Part shown: positions 7,765 to 15,811 of the stretch, piece after piece
Layout: each line of letters opens with the position of its first letter
Numbering within the stretch: position 1 is the first letter of the stretch
NCBI GenBank assembly: GCA_030591905.1
Contig: JAUVAE010000002.1
Span: 1-32,650 of the forward strand
Origin: Candidatus Komeilibacteria bacterium
GTDB taxonomy: Bacteria > Patescibacteriota > Patescibacteriia > UBA1558 > S5-K13
DNA: 32,650 nt
Direction of reading: 5' to 3'
The notes under the pieces: generated by a model
Databases searched by the model: none
What the model was told of the DNA's origin: nothing
What the model saw: the letters and a program-made list of their open reading frames with translations, nothing else
Program-made: the position numbers and the translations under genes

Positions 7765-8462
7765 AGAAAATCAGAAAAGAGCTGAGCTCCTTAGCTAATA
7801 AGAAAGATGCTCAAATTCTCCAGCATTTTTTTAAAACTGGAAAAGGTGAATATGCTGAAGGAGATATTTTTTTAGGAATTAGAGTGCCAGTACAAAGACG
7901 GGTTTTAAAAAAATATTTGAATATAAATTTGAAGGAGCTAGAATTTTTATTAAGAACTAAAATTCATGAATATCGTTTAATAGCCTTATTAATTTTGGTA
8001 AAAAAATTTGAAGAAGGCGATAAGCAAATAAAAAAGAAAATTTTTAATTTATACTTAAAAAATACTAAGTATATTAATAATTGGGACTTGGTTGATTTAA
8101 GTGCTCCACATATTGTTGGTGCTTATTTATTAGATAAACCTAGAGATATTTTATATAAATTAGTAAAGTCTCAGAGTTTATGGGAGAGGAGAATAGCAAT
8201 TTTGGCTACTTTTGCTTTTATTAAAAATAATGAAACTAAGGACACTTTAAAAATTGCTCAGATTTTGTTAGAAGATGAACATGATTTAATCCATAAAGCA
8301 GTTGGTTGGATGTTGAGAGAATTAGGTAAAAGAATTAGTCAAGACATTGAAGAAAAGTTTTTGAAAAGGTATTATAGAGTTATGCCAAGAACAATGTTAA
8401 GGTATGCTATAGAAAGATTTGAAGAATCTAAAAGAAAAAAGTATTTATTGGGTAAAATTTAA
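7758..8462 (+). CDS. DNA alkylation repair protein (AlkD/AlkC-like HEAT-repeat)
   Basis: LANKKDAQILQHFFKTGKGEYAEGDIFLGIRVPVQRRVLKKY and NNWDLVDLSAPHIVG, HKAVGWMLRE motifs. ATG overlaps the upstream stop (ATGCTGA). Confidence 0.8.
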   Translation: MLKKIRKELSSLANKKDAQILQHFFKTGKGEYAEGDIFLGIRVPVQRRVLKKYLNINLKELEFLLRTKIHEYRLIALLILVKKFEEGDKQIKKKIFNLYLKNTKYINNWDLVDLSAPHIVGAYLLDKPRDILYKLVKSQSLWERRIAILATFAFIKNNETKDTLKIAQILLEDEHDLIHKAVGWMLRELGKRISQDIEEKFLKRYYRVMPRTMLRYAIERFEESKRKKYLLGKI

Positions 8463-8543
8463 TAGACCCCTACACTTAATTTAAATGTGTAAGGGCATTT
8501 AATCAAAAACCTCAAATCTATAAATTAGGTGAGGGGTAGATAA

Positions 8544-8596
8544 CATTTAACAGGATTTATCCTGTTAAATGGCTAATTAATAAATATTTAACAGGA
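8544..8596. promoter_or_regulatory. Operator-like inverted repeat plus a third half-site abutting the start codon of 8596
   Basis: Perfect 12-bp arms catttaacagga (8544-8555) / tcctgttaaatg (8560-8571) with a 4-nt spacer. A direct copy atttaacagga at 8586-8596 ends on the A of the ATG. Confidence 0.35.
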
Positions 8597-9486
8597 TGAG
8601 TAATGGTAAAATAGTAATTTATTTTGGAGGAGGTACAATGGCTGGTGTTTTTAGTGCTGGAATTATTAGAAAACTTCAAGAGATGGACATTTATGATAAA
8701 ATAGAGGCTGTTTATGGAGGTTATTGTGGTTCTATTAATGCTGCTTATTTTTTAACTAAACAATCGGAATTAGGATATTCTGTGTTTTGTGAAGACTTAA
8801 CTCACGATTTTCTTTATAAAGCTAGAATATTTTCTGCATTTTTACAAAGAATCTATAGTGGTTTAATTCATCGGATTCCGAGAGGAAAAATGATAAATGT
8901 TGTAAATTTGAGATATTTATTTGATATATTGAAATATAAAAAACGTTTAGATATTGATAAATTAAAAAAACAACCCATTCCTTTTTATGCTAAAGTTTTC
9001 AATTTAACTAAAGATAAAATGGAATATTTAGAAGTTGCTAAATATAATCCTTTTAAAGTTTTAAAAGCCTGTGTTGATGTTGTGCCCTATGTCAGTGATT
9101 CAGAGGGTATAGATGGTGAAGAATATGTCGACGGAACTATATTGGAATCCATAGATTTACAGTATTTTTTAGATAAATATCCATCACATAAAATAGTTAT
9201 TATTTCTAACTCCAGCGTCAGAAGGCAATTTAGACATTATGTAAAGAGTTTTTTTGAATCTTTAGCAGCTATATCTACTTATGGTTTTGAAGCTATAGAA
9301 TATTTTATAAAAGGAGAATTTCGATTAAGAAAAGATATTGCTTATGCTCGTCGAACTAAAAATGTACTTTTTATTTATCCACCCAAGGATAATCCAACTA
9401 CTCTCTCTACTACTGATCCAAAGAAATTAAAGATAACTTATAAAATGGGCATGAAAGAGGCTGAGAAAATTAGAAAATTGTTATAA
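8596..9486 (+). CDS. Patatin-like protein with non-canonical nucleophile elbow
   Basis: Oxyanion motif FGGGTMAGVFSAG. The position of GxSxG reads GGYCG. Asp motif VDGTILES. Confidence 0.75.
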   Translation: MSNGKIVIYFGGGTMAGVFSAGIIRKLQEMDIYDKIEAVYGGYCGSINAAYFLTKQSELGYSVFCEDLTHDFLYKARIFSAFLQRIYSGLIHRIPRGKMINVVNLRYLFDILKYKKRLDIDKLKKQPIPFYAKVFNLTKDKMEYLEVAKYNPFKVLKACVDVVPYVSDSEGIDGEEYVDGTILESIDLQYFLDKYPSHKIVIISNSSVRRQFRHYVKSFFESLAAISTYGFEAIEYFIKGEFRLRKDIAYARRTKNVLFIYPPKDNPTTLSTTDPKKLKITYKMGMKEAEKIRKLL

Positions 9487-9511
9487 ATTTTCTATAAAGT
9501 ACCCCGTTTAT

Positions 9512-9550
9512 CCCCAACACCTAATCATCCTAGAAGAGCTAGGTGTGGGG
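9512..9550 (+). terminator. GC-rich hairpin after the patatin-like gene (terminator-like)
   Basis: ccccaacaccta (9512-9523) pairs with taggtgtgggg (9540-9550) with one bulge. Followed by atttactt, a weak T-tract. Confidence 0.4.
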
Positions 9551-9586
9551 ATTTACTTAATTTTATACTTAGGATAATATACATAT

Positions 9587-11374
9587 ATGAGTAATGTTAC
9601 GGAAGATATAAAATCTAGGATAGATATCGTTGATTTAATAAAAGAATATATTCAATTAACACCAGCCGGAGTGAATTTTAAAGCTCAGTGTCCTTTTCAT
9701 AATGAAAAAACACCATCATTTTTTGTTTCCGCAGAAAAACAAATTTGGCATTGTTTTGGTTGTGGAGCGGGTGGTGATATTTTTGAGTTTGTTAAGAAAA
9801 TTGAAGGATTAGAATTTCCAGAAACTTTGAGAATTTTAGCTGATAAAGCTAATGTTAAAATTGATTATAATTATAGTCCTGAATTAAAGAATCAGAAAAC
9901 AAAAGTATTAGATATTTTGGAATCTAGCGCAGATTATTTTCATCAACTTTTATTAAAAGATAAAGACGCTCAGCAAGCTCGTGATTATTTAGAAAAGAGA
10001 GTTATTGATAAAGAAGCTATAAAGAAATTTAATTTAGGATATAGTAAAGATACTTGGGATAATTTACTAAATTATTTGAGAGATAAAAAGTTTTCAGATG
10101 GAGACATTGAAACAGCAGGATTAGTTGTTAAATCAAAAAAAGATAATAAATTTTACGATCGATTTAGAGGGCGTTTAATGTTTCCCATAAATAATATTTT
10201 TGGACAAACTATAGGTTTTACAGCCCGAATTTTAAAAAAAGACGATCAGCAAGGAAAATATGTAAATACTCCTCAAACAATTGCCTATGATAAGTCTAGT
10301 GTTTTGTATAATATGGATTTAGCGAAAATGAGTATTAAACAAAAAAATTATACAATTTTATCAGAAGGGCAAATAGATGTCATATCTTCTTATATGGCGG
10401 GAGTAAAAAATATCATTGCTTCTTCGGGGACAGCTTTGACTCCTCAACAAGTTAGAATTATTAAAAGGTATTCAGAAAATTTAATGATTGCCTATGATGC
10501 TGATAAGGCTGGGTTAAAAGCAACCTTTAGAATAGTTGATAATGCTTTGTTAGAGAATATGAATATCAAAATTATTGAGATGCCTAAGGGTTTAGATCCC
10601 GATCAATTAATTAAAGAGGATAAACAAAAATGGCTAGATGCTATCAAAAATGCTAAACCTATTATGGATTTTGTTTTTGATAAGATATTATCAATAGGGG
10701 ATTTGAATGATGTTTTTAGTAAAAAGCAAATGGCTAAGAAATTATTAATTTTTATTAGTAAGTTTCGAGATGATATTGAAAGAGAAACATATCTGAAGAG
10801 ATTAAGTGAGTTAATTGACGTAGATTATAATTTATTAAAAGAGAAATTAGATGCCTTTATTAATAAAAAGCAGAAAATATCATCTTTTGATAAAGTTGAT
10901 GATAGTGAATATGTACCATTTAAGTTGAATAAAAAGGAAGAGTTACTGAAAAAAATTATTGCTTTAGGCATTAATTTTACAAATAATTTAGAGTATTTAG
11001 CATCAAATTTAGAGTTAGAATATATTAACAAAGATGTAATAGATGACCTTTACAAAGAGATGATAATTTATTATACTAAGAACAATTCATTTGATTTAAA
11101 AGCTTTTAAAAAAGCCTTAGATAAAGACAAAAATGACTTATTAGATATTATTGTCTTTATTTTTGAGAATGAATATTCTGATTATGATCAGAATAGGGCT
11201 TTTGTAGATATTCAACCTTTAGTTAAGGCTTATAAGAAAGAATATTTAACTGAAGAGTTGAAAAAATTAGAAAATTCTTTGAAATTAATTGAAAAGCAAG
11301 GCGATAAAAAAGAAATAGAAAAGATTACTAAAGAATTTGTTTCGGCTACACATAAATTAAATAATATAAGCTAA
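9587..11374 (+). CDS. dnaG: DNA primase
   Basis: CHC2 zinc finger CPFHNEKTPSFFVSAEKQIWHCFGCGAGGD. RNA polymerase core FRGRLMFPI. TOPRIM EGQIDVIS...AYDADKAG. Confidence 0.95.
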   Translation: MSNVTEDIKSRIDIVDLIKEYIQLTPAGVNFKAQCPFHNEKTPSFFVSAEKQIWHCFGCGAGGDIFEFVKKIEGLEFPETLRILADKANVKIDYNYSPELKNQKTKVLDILESSADYFHQLLLKDKDAQQARDYLEKRVIDKEAIKKFNLGYSKDTWDNLLNYLRDKKFSDGDIETAGLVVKSKKDNKFYDRFRGRLMFPINNIFGQTIGFTARILKKDDQQGKYVNTPQTIAYDKSSVLYNMDLAKMSIKQKNYTILSEGQIDVISSYMAGVKNIIASSGTALTPQQVRIIKRYSENLMIAYDADKAGLKATFRIVDNALLENMNIKIIEMPKGLDPDQLIKEDKQKWLDAIKNAKPIMDFVFDKILSIGDLNDVFSKKQMAKKLLIFISKFRDDIERETYLKRLSELIDVDYNLLKEKLDAFINKKQKISSFDKVDDSEYVPFKLNKKEELLKKIIALGINFTNNLEYLASNLELEYINKDVIDDLYKEMIIYYTKNNSFDLKAFKKALDKDKNDLLDIIVFIFENEYSDYDQNRAFVDIQPLVKAYKKEYLTEELKKLENSLKLIEKQGDKKEIEKITKEFVSATHKLNNIS

Positions 11375-11636
11375 TTAATTTACAAATTATAAATCCCAAT
11401 ATCAAAATCCAAATATCCAAACATTTTAAGAATTTGAATTTTGAAGATTATAATTTATTTAGGATTTAAAATTTTGAATTTAGATATTCACCCTATTAAA
11501 TAATTTTAAATTCAATCTATATACCGTGTTTATACTTTAGAATCATGAATAGATAGAATTTTTTATATAGGGTGTATAAAGAATTTAAAATTAAGATTTA
11601 GTAAAGTTAAATCTTATTCAATAGGGTAAAAATATT

Positions 11637-13118
11637 ATGGTTAAAACAAAAAAGAAAAAAAATTTAAAGAAAATTATTTCTAAACTTATTTCCCTGCCTA
11701 CCGGACAGGCAGGTAAAAAGAAAGCTGCTAAAGAGAAACCTGTTAAAAAAGTTGTCAGAAAGAAAGCTGCTAAAAAGAAACCTGTTAAAAAAGTTGTCAG
11801 AAAGAAAGCTGCTAAAAAGAAACCTGCTAAAAAAGTTGTCAGAAAGAAAGCTGCTAAAAAGAAAGCTGCTAAAAAGAAACCTGTTAAAAAGAAAGTTACT
11901 AAGAAAGTTACTAAGAAAAAGGTTTCTAAAAGGTCTGTTAAAAAAGTTGCTAAAAAGAAACCAGCTAAAAAGAAACCAGCTAAAAAATCAACTAGAAGAA
12001 AGTCTAGGAAAAAAATTAAAAGAAAAAAAGAAGATATTATTTTTCCAAAACAGGATCGCCTAAAAGCATTAATGAGAGAGGGTAGAAATAGAGGATTTAT
12101 AACTGAGAATGAACTTTTATACTCATTTCCAGAATTAGAAGAATATTTAGAGTTATATGAGAAATATTTGGATGACATGGAGGAAAATAGTGTAGATATA
12201 TTAATTAATGAAATTGGATTATTGAATAATGCTGAAGAGGATGAAGCTGGTGTAAAATTAGATATTTCAGGTGTTACTTTTGATTTGGGAAAAATTTCTT
12301 CAGATTCTATTCAGATGTATTTACGGGAAATTGGTAAAGTTTCTTTGTTAACTTTTGAAGAAGAAGTTGCTTTAGCAAAAAGAAAAGAAAAAGGCGAGGT
12401 TGCTGCTAAAATCCAATTGATTAAGGCTAATTTAAGATTAGTGGTAAGTATCGCTAAAAGGTATACGGGACATTCATTGTCATTATTGGATTTAATTCAA
12501 GAAGGTAATATTGGTTTATTTAGGGCAGTGGAAAAATTTGAATATCGGAAAGGTTATAAATTTTCAACCTATGCTACCTGGTGGATTAGACAAGCAATTA
12601 CTAGAGCGTTAGCTGATCAATCTAGGACGATTAGAATACCTGTTCATATGGTAGAGACAATAAATAAATTTCAACAGGTTCAGAGAAGATTAATTCAAGA
12701 TTTAGGTCGAGAGCCTTTACCAGAAGAAATTGCTTATGAAATGGGAGAAGATTTAAATAAGATTCATCATGTTATTAAAATTTCTCAAGAAACAGTTTCT
12801 TTGGAAACAAGCATTGGGGAAGACGATGAAGATTCTACTTTAAGTGATTTTATTGAAGATAAAAAAACTATTCCACCAGATAAGGTTGCTGCTTTAAGAT
12901 TATTAAGAGATCATGTTAAAGAAATAATTTCAGATTTAACTCCTCGAGAACAAAAAATATTAGAAATGCGTTTTGGTTTAACAGATGGTATTGCTCATAC
13001 TTTGGAAGAGGTAGGGCAAGAATTTGGGGTTACTAGAGAAAGGATTAGACAAATTGAGGCTAAGTCATTAGAAAAAATTGCAGCCAAACATGGTATTGTT
13101 AAGCTAAAAGATTATTAA
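11637..13118 (+). CDS. rpoD: Primary-like RNA polymerase sigma-70 factor with Lys/Ala-rich repetitive N-terminus
   Basis: Region 2 [40 protein letters not shown]. Region 3 [13 protein letters not shown]. Region 4 [23 protein letters not shown]. About 125 N-terminal residues of [14 protein letters not shown] repeats. Confidence 0.95.
   Translation: MVKTKKKKNLKKIISKLISLPTGQAGKKKAAKEKPVKKVVRKKAAKKKPVKKVVRKKAAKKKPAKKVVRKKAAKKKAAKKKPVKKKVTKKVTKKKVSKRSVKKVAKKKPAKKKPAKKSTRRKSRKKIKRKKEDIIFPKQDRLKALMREGRNRGFITENELLYSFPELEEYLELYEKYLDDMEENSVDILINEIGLLNNAEEDEAGVKLDISGVTFDLGKISSDSIQMYLREIGKVSLLTFEEEVALAKRKEKGEVAAKIQLIKANLRLVVSIAKRYTGHSLSLLDLIQEGNIGLFRAVEKFEYRKGYKFSTYATWWIRQAITRALADQSRTIRIPVHMVETINKFQQVQRRLIQDLGREPLPEEIAYEMGEDLNKIHHVIKISQETVSLETSIGEDDEDSTLSDFIEDKKTIPPDKVAALRLLRDHVKEIISDLTPREQKILEMRFGLTDGIAHTLEEVGQEFGVTRERIRQIEAKSLEKIAAKHGIVKLKDY
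11693..11713. repeat. CCTGCC..GGCAGG palindrome copy inside rpoD (reads LPTGQAG)
   Basis: cctgcctaccggacaggcagg, 7-bp arms, GC-rich island in AT-rich coding sequence. Confidence 0.75.
11721..11890 (+). repeat. 42-bp tandem coding repeat (three near-identical units plus partial units)
   Basis: Units 11721-11762, 11763-11804 and 11805-11846; unit 1 and unit 3 each differ from unit 2 by a single nucleotide (aaagctgctaaaaagaaacctgttaaaaaagttgtcagaaag). Degenerate continuation to about 12035. Confidence 0.9.
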
Positions 13119-13134
13119 AATTAGGAATTTGTAG

Positions 13135-13201
13135 AGACGTAGCGACGCTACGTCTGCCTGTCTGCCGGTAGGCAGGTACGAAAAGTAGGGTTGATTTTTT
13201 T
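13135..13201 (+). terminator. Composite palindrome module after rpoD (terminator-like)
   Basis: Perfect hairpin agacgtagcg-a-cgctacgtct (13135-13155), then ctgcctgtctgccggtaggcagg (13154-13176), then a T8 run at about 13194-13201. Confidence 0.6.
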
Positions 13202-13354
13202 TGTTAATTATTCTATAATCTTATTACATTAAAATTGTTAATACAAAATTAATATATATAAAAATATTTTGCGTCTACCTTCGTCAAGACTTCGGTAAGA
13301 CAGGGTAGCTCCTTAGAGAGCGGTTTTATATAACGTTAGTGTAAATTAAATTGA

Positions 13355-13431
13355 TTCGCGGTAGCTCAGTTGGTTAGAGCGACTGGCTGTTAACCAGTAG
13401 GTCGTCGGTTCGAACCCGACCCGCGAAGCCA
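13355..13431 (+). tRNA. tRNA-Asn (anticodon GTT), CCA encoded
   Basis: Manual fold: acceptor ttcgcgg/ccgcgaa, D arm gctc/gagc, anticodon arm actgg-ctGTTaa-ccagt, T arm gtcgg-ttcgaac-ccgac, discriminator g, cca. Confidence 0.92.
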
Positions 13432-13438
13432 TCATTAA

Positions 13439-13463
13439 ATAGAGCCTAAAGCTCTATTTTTTG
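13439..13463 (+). terminator. Terminator after tRNA-Asn
   Basis: atagagc/gctctat stem (13439-13457) followed by tttttt. Confidence 0.6.
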
Positions 13464-13489
13464 TTTTAAGAAAAAATAGATAAAAGTAC

Positions 13490-13518
13490 TTGACAGGAAA
13501 GTTAAAATGTGCTATTAT
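13490..13518 (+). promoter_or_regulatory. Near-consensus sigma-70 promoter with extended -10
   Basis: TTGACA (13490-13495), 17-bp spacer, TGcTATTAT (-10 at 13513-13518). GGAGG Shine-Dalgarno before ATG 13556. Confidence 0.55.
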
Positions 13519-13555
13519 TATATATAATATAAAATTATTCTGAGGAGGATAAAAG

Positions 13556-13786
13556 ATGAAAAATCAAGGAAAATGGATCTTAGGTCTTTATATCGTTTGG
13601 ATTTTGTTGTTCTTTATGATTCTATATTCTGAGAGCATGAAGATAGAAGACGCTACATTATGGGAAAAACTTAATATTTTGAAACAGAGAGCAGTGGACT
13701 CATCAACAAAAGATAAAATAGCTATGGGCTATTTGATAGTATTTTCTCTGTTTGGATGTTATGCCCTACCAAGACTGATAGTATAG
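13556..13786 (+). CDS. Small two-TM membrane protein (hypothetical)
   Basis: Strong RBS gaggagg. Hydrophobic segments WILGLYIVWILLFFMILY and MGYLIVFSLFGCYAL. Own promoter and terminator. Confidence 0.6.
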   Translation: MKNQGKWILGLYIVWILLFFMILYSESMKIEDATLWEKLNILKQRAVDSSTKDKIAMGYLIVFSLFGCYALPRLIV

Positions 13787-13806
13787 GGTAGACCATATTT
13801 AAATTT

Positions 13807-13834
13807 AAGGGGAGTCCAATGACTTCCCTTTTGT
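13807..13834 (+). terminator. Terminator of the small membrane protein cassette
   Basis: aaggggagtc/gacttccctt stem (one G-T pair) with loop caat, then a T-run. Confidence 0.6.
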
Positions 13835-13896
13835 CTTTGATTTTTTAAATGATTAAATATTTTTCATATAATAAGTTCGAAGAGCAGAAGCAAGGG

Positions 13897-13940
13897 GAAG
13901 CCATCATTGAACATTGTTAATAGCAATGTTCTTTGTTTTT
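13897..13940 (+). repeat. Duplicated tRNA-Asn 3' end (att-like) plus hairpin/T-run
   Basis: gaagccatcatt at 13897-13908 equals 13425-13436 (tRNA 3' end). gttcgaa T-loop remnant at about 13875. Hairpin gaacattg/caatgttc (13909-13931) and tttgttttt. Confidence 0.55.
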
Positions 13941-13998
13941 AAAACTATAATTATGGTATAATTAATTTAATTAAATTAATTAAACTAAAATTTATCAA

Positions 13999-14151
13999 AT
14001 GAATAAGAAAAAACTCATAATGCTTCTTTTATATATTGTTTTGTTAGCGAATGTATTGGGAATGCTTATATATTTTTTAAATGGATTTAAAAATAATCCA
14101 CCGAAATTTTATACTAAAAATTATACTATAGAAGAGGGAGAGAGTAGCTAA
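13999..14151 (+). CDS. Possible 50-aa single-TM peptide (below ORF-track cutoff)
   Basis: Hand translation: MNKKKLIMLLLYIVLLANVLGMLIYFLNGFKNNPPKFYTKNYTIEEGESS, then stop. No clear RBS. Confidence 0.3.
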   Translation: MNKKKLIMLLLYIVLLANVLGMLIYFLNGFKNNPPKFYTKNYTIEEGESS

Positions 14152-14180
14152 TAGATTTTTGTTTTTTAATATTTTAACCA

Positions 14181-14495
14181 ATGAATACTCAATTTAAAAA
14201 AGGAGTCTTGGAAATGTGTGTTTTATCAATGCTTAGCAAGAAAGATTGTTACGGTTATGAACTAGTTAATGAATTATCTAAAAAAATATCCATTTCTGAA
14301 GGGACGATATATCCTTTATTAAATAGGTTAATAAAGGCAAAATATGTAAATACTTATTTAAAGGAATCTAGTTTGGGTCCAGCTCGTAAATATTATAAAT
14401 TAACAGTTTCTGGTAAAAAAATGAGCAAAAAATTGAAAAATGGTTGGATAATTTTTTCTAAAAGAGTAGAAGCAGTATTAAAGAGTAAAAAATAG
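14181..14495 (+). CDS. PadR family transcriptional regulator
   Basis: [26 protein letters not shown]....[12 protein letters not shown]...Y.........RKYYKLT, the classic PadR winged-helix signature. Confidence 0.9.
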   Translation: MNTQFKKGVLEMCVLSMLSKKDCYGYELVNELSKKISISEGTIYPLLNRLIKAKYVNTYLKESSLGPARKYYKLTVSGKKMSKKLKNGWIIFSKRVEAVLKSKK

Positions 14496-14519
14496 AAAAT
14501 TATTAACAAATTTAATTAT

Positions 14520-14867
14520 ATGGTAGTAATATATGGAGTAGATACGGAAGATGAAATTACCCCTGAAAAAGTTCGAGATGCTATTATTGAATGTTTTTAT
14601 AATGCTCATCAAGAGGTTTTGAAAGATATGTATGTTATATCAGGAGAAGATAAAAAAACGGAAGAACCGAATGAAATAGGTCGAAAATATATTGAAGAAA
14701 CGATTATTAATTATTTCATTAAAGTCGGTGGTGATTTTAATAAACCAACTAAAGAAGATATTTTAAAGGTTTTAGAAGAATTGAAAGAATTCGCTAAGGG
14801 ATTTAGAAGTCCAGAAATTATTAAAAAGCATTATGGAGAAATAATGCAATTGGTTGAAAAGTTATAA
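14520..14867 (+). CDS. Hypothetical acidic protein, co-oriented with padR
   Basis: ORF 25 nt downstream of padR. No family recognised. Confidence 0.6.
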   Translation: MVVIYGVDTEDEITPEKVRDAIIECFYNAHQEVLKDMYVISGEDKKTEEPNEIGRKYIEETIINYFIKVGGDFNKPTKEDILKVLEELKEFAKGFRSPEIIKKHYGEIMQLVEKL

Positions 14868-14875
14868 ATTAGGAG

Positions 14876-14950
14876 AGACGCAAAATTTTGCGTCTGTACA
14901 AGTTTTCTGCCCGTTAGCAGGTAGGTAAGATTAGAGCCATTAATTTTTTT
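14876..14950 (+). terminator. Composite palindrome module (homologous to 13135..13201)
   Basis: Perfect palindrome agacgcaaaattttgcgtct (14876-14895), degenerate ctgcccgttagcaggtagg (14907-14925), T7 at 14944-14950. Same TAAATTAGGA..GAGACG lead-in as after rpoD. Confidence 0.55.
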
Positions 14951-14985
14951 GATGACTTTTTTGTTTACCCTTATACTTTTTTTAA

Positions 14986-15014
14986 TTGACTTTATTATTG
15001 ATGTATACTAAAAT
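14986..15014 (+). promoter_or_regulatory. Candidate sigma-70 promoter of the nucleotidyltransferase/radical SAM operon
   Basis: TTGACT (14986-14991), 17-bp spacer, TAAAAT (15009-15014). The TTG that opens ORF-track ORF 14986 is this -35 box. Confidence 0.4.
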
Positions 15015-15084
15015 ATTAGGATTATTTTATTATATTATTTGCAATAAAATTTTTTATTCATTAAAAATATATATGGAGGTTGTT

Positions 15085-15792
15085 ATGGTAAAGGCAATAA
15101 TTTTAGCCGCTGGTCTTTCTAGTAGAATGAAACCGTTGACAGATAACTGTCCCAAACCAATGCTTTTATTAAATGGCAAACCAATCATGGAGTATGTTAT
15201 AAATCATTTAAGGAAGCATGGTATAGTAGAAATAATTATCACTACACATTATTTTCCACATGTGATAGAAGATTATTTTGGTGACGGTTCAGAATTTGGA
15301 GTTAGGATTGAGTATTCACATGAGAAAGTATTAAGAAATACGGCTGGATCATTAAAGTTGGCAGAATCATTAGTTGGCGAAGAATTCTTAGTTTGTGGAG
15401 GTCATTTCTTTTTACCGTCCCTTAATTTAGGAGATCTTATTAGATTTCATAAAAAACAAGGTGGAATTGCAACTATCGTATTTAAGAATCTAAATGAAAG
15501 TAATTTATTAGGATTTTTTGGTCAAGGTATTCTTGATAAAGATAAAAGGCTTATAGCTTTTCAAGAAAAACCAAAATACAAATTGAGTCATTATGTACAT
15601 ACTACATACCAGATTTTTAAAAGGGATATTTTTAAATTTATACCCCCTAAAAAATTTGTATCTATTCCAAAGTTTTTAATACCTCGGTTATTAAATCAAA
15701 ATTTGGATGTGTATGGGTATTGTAGTGATAGTGAGTTAATAAATTTATCTAATTTTGAGCTTTATGCAAGAGCTTTAAAAAAGATAAAATAA
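15085..15792 (+). CDS. Sugar-phosphate nucleotidyltransferase (NTP_transferase fold)
   Basis: MVKAIILAAGLSSRMKPLTDNCPKPMLLLNGKPIMEYVI matches the G-rich NTP-binding N-terminus of the GalU/RmlA/ManC family. GGAGG lies 5 nt before ATG 15085, so the 14986 extension is rejected. Confidence 0.85.
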   Translation: MVKAIILAAGLSSRMKPLTDNCPKPMLLLNGKPIMEYVINHLRKHGIVEIIITTHYFPHVIEDYFGDGSEFGVRIEYSHEKVLRNTAGSLKLAESLVGEEFLVCGGHFFLPSLNLGDLIRFHKKQGGIATIVFKNLNESNLLGFFGQGILDKDKRLIAFQEKPKYKLSHYVHTTYQIFKRDIFKFIPPKKFVSIPKFLIPRLLNQNLDVYGYCSDSELINLSNFELYARALKKIK

Positions 15793-15811
15793 TCTAAAAA
15801 AGGAGGTAATC

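Noticed and set aside
10825-11031. 68-aa minus-strand ORF inside dnaG
   Set aside because: Antisense to a confidently identified gene, with no supporting signals.
11618-12178. 186-aa minus-strand ORF and 103-aa plus-strand ORF (11752..12063) over the rpoD repeat region
   Set aside because: Alternative-frame read-through of the Lys-codon tandem repeats (FFLAAFFL and LLKRNLLKK translations). The rpoD frame continues into conserved sigma regions.
13260-13330. GC-richer patch upstream of tRNA-Asn, considered as a second RNA gene or tRNA fragment
   Set aside because: No cloverleaf can be folded, only short stems (ctacc/ggtag, gctc/gagc). It contains a half copy of the AGACG palindrome and is probably repeat debris in the tRNA leader.
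14986-15084. N-terminal extensions from TTG starts given by the ORF track (also 17246..17323 and 21568..21609)
   Set aside because: Downstream ATGs give canonical N-termini. 15085 has a GGAGG RBS, and the 14986 TTG is better explained as a -35 TTGACT box.
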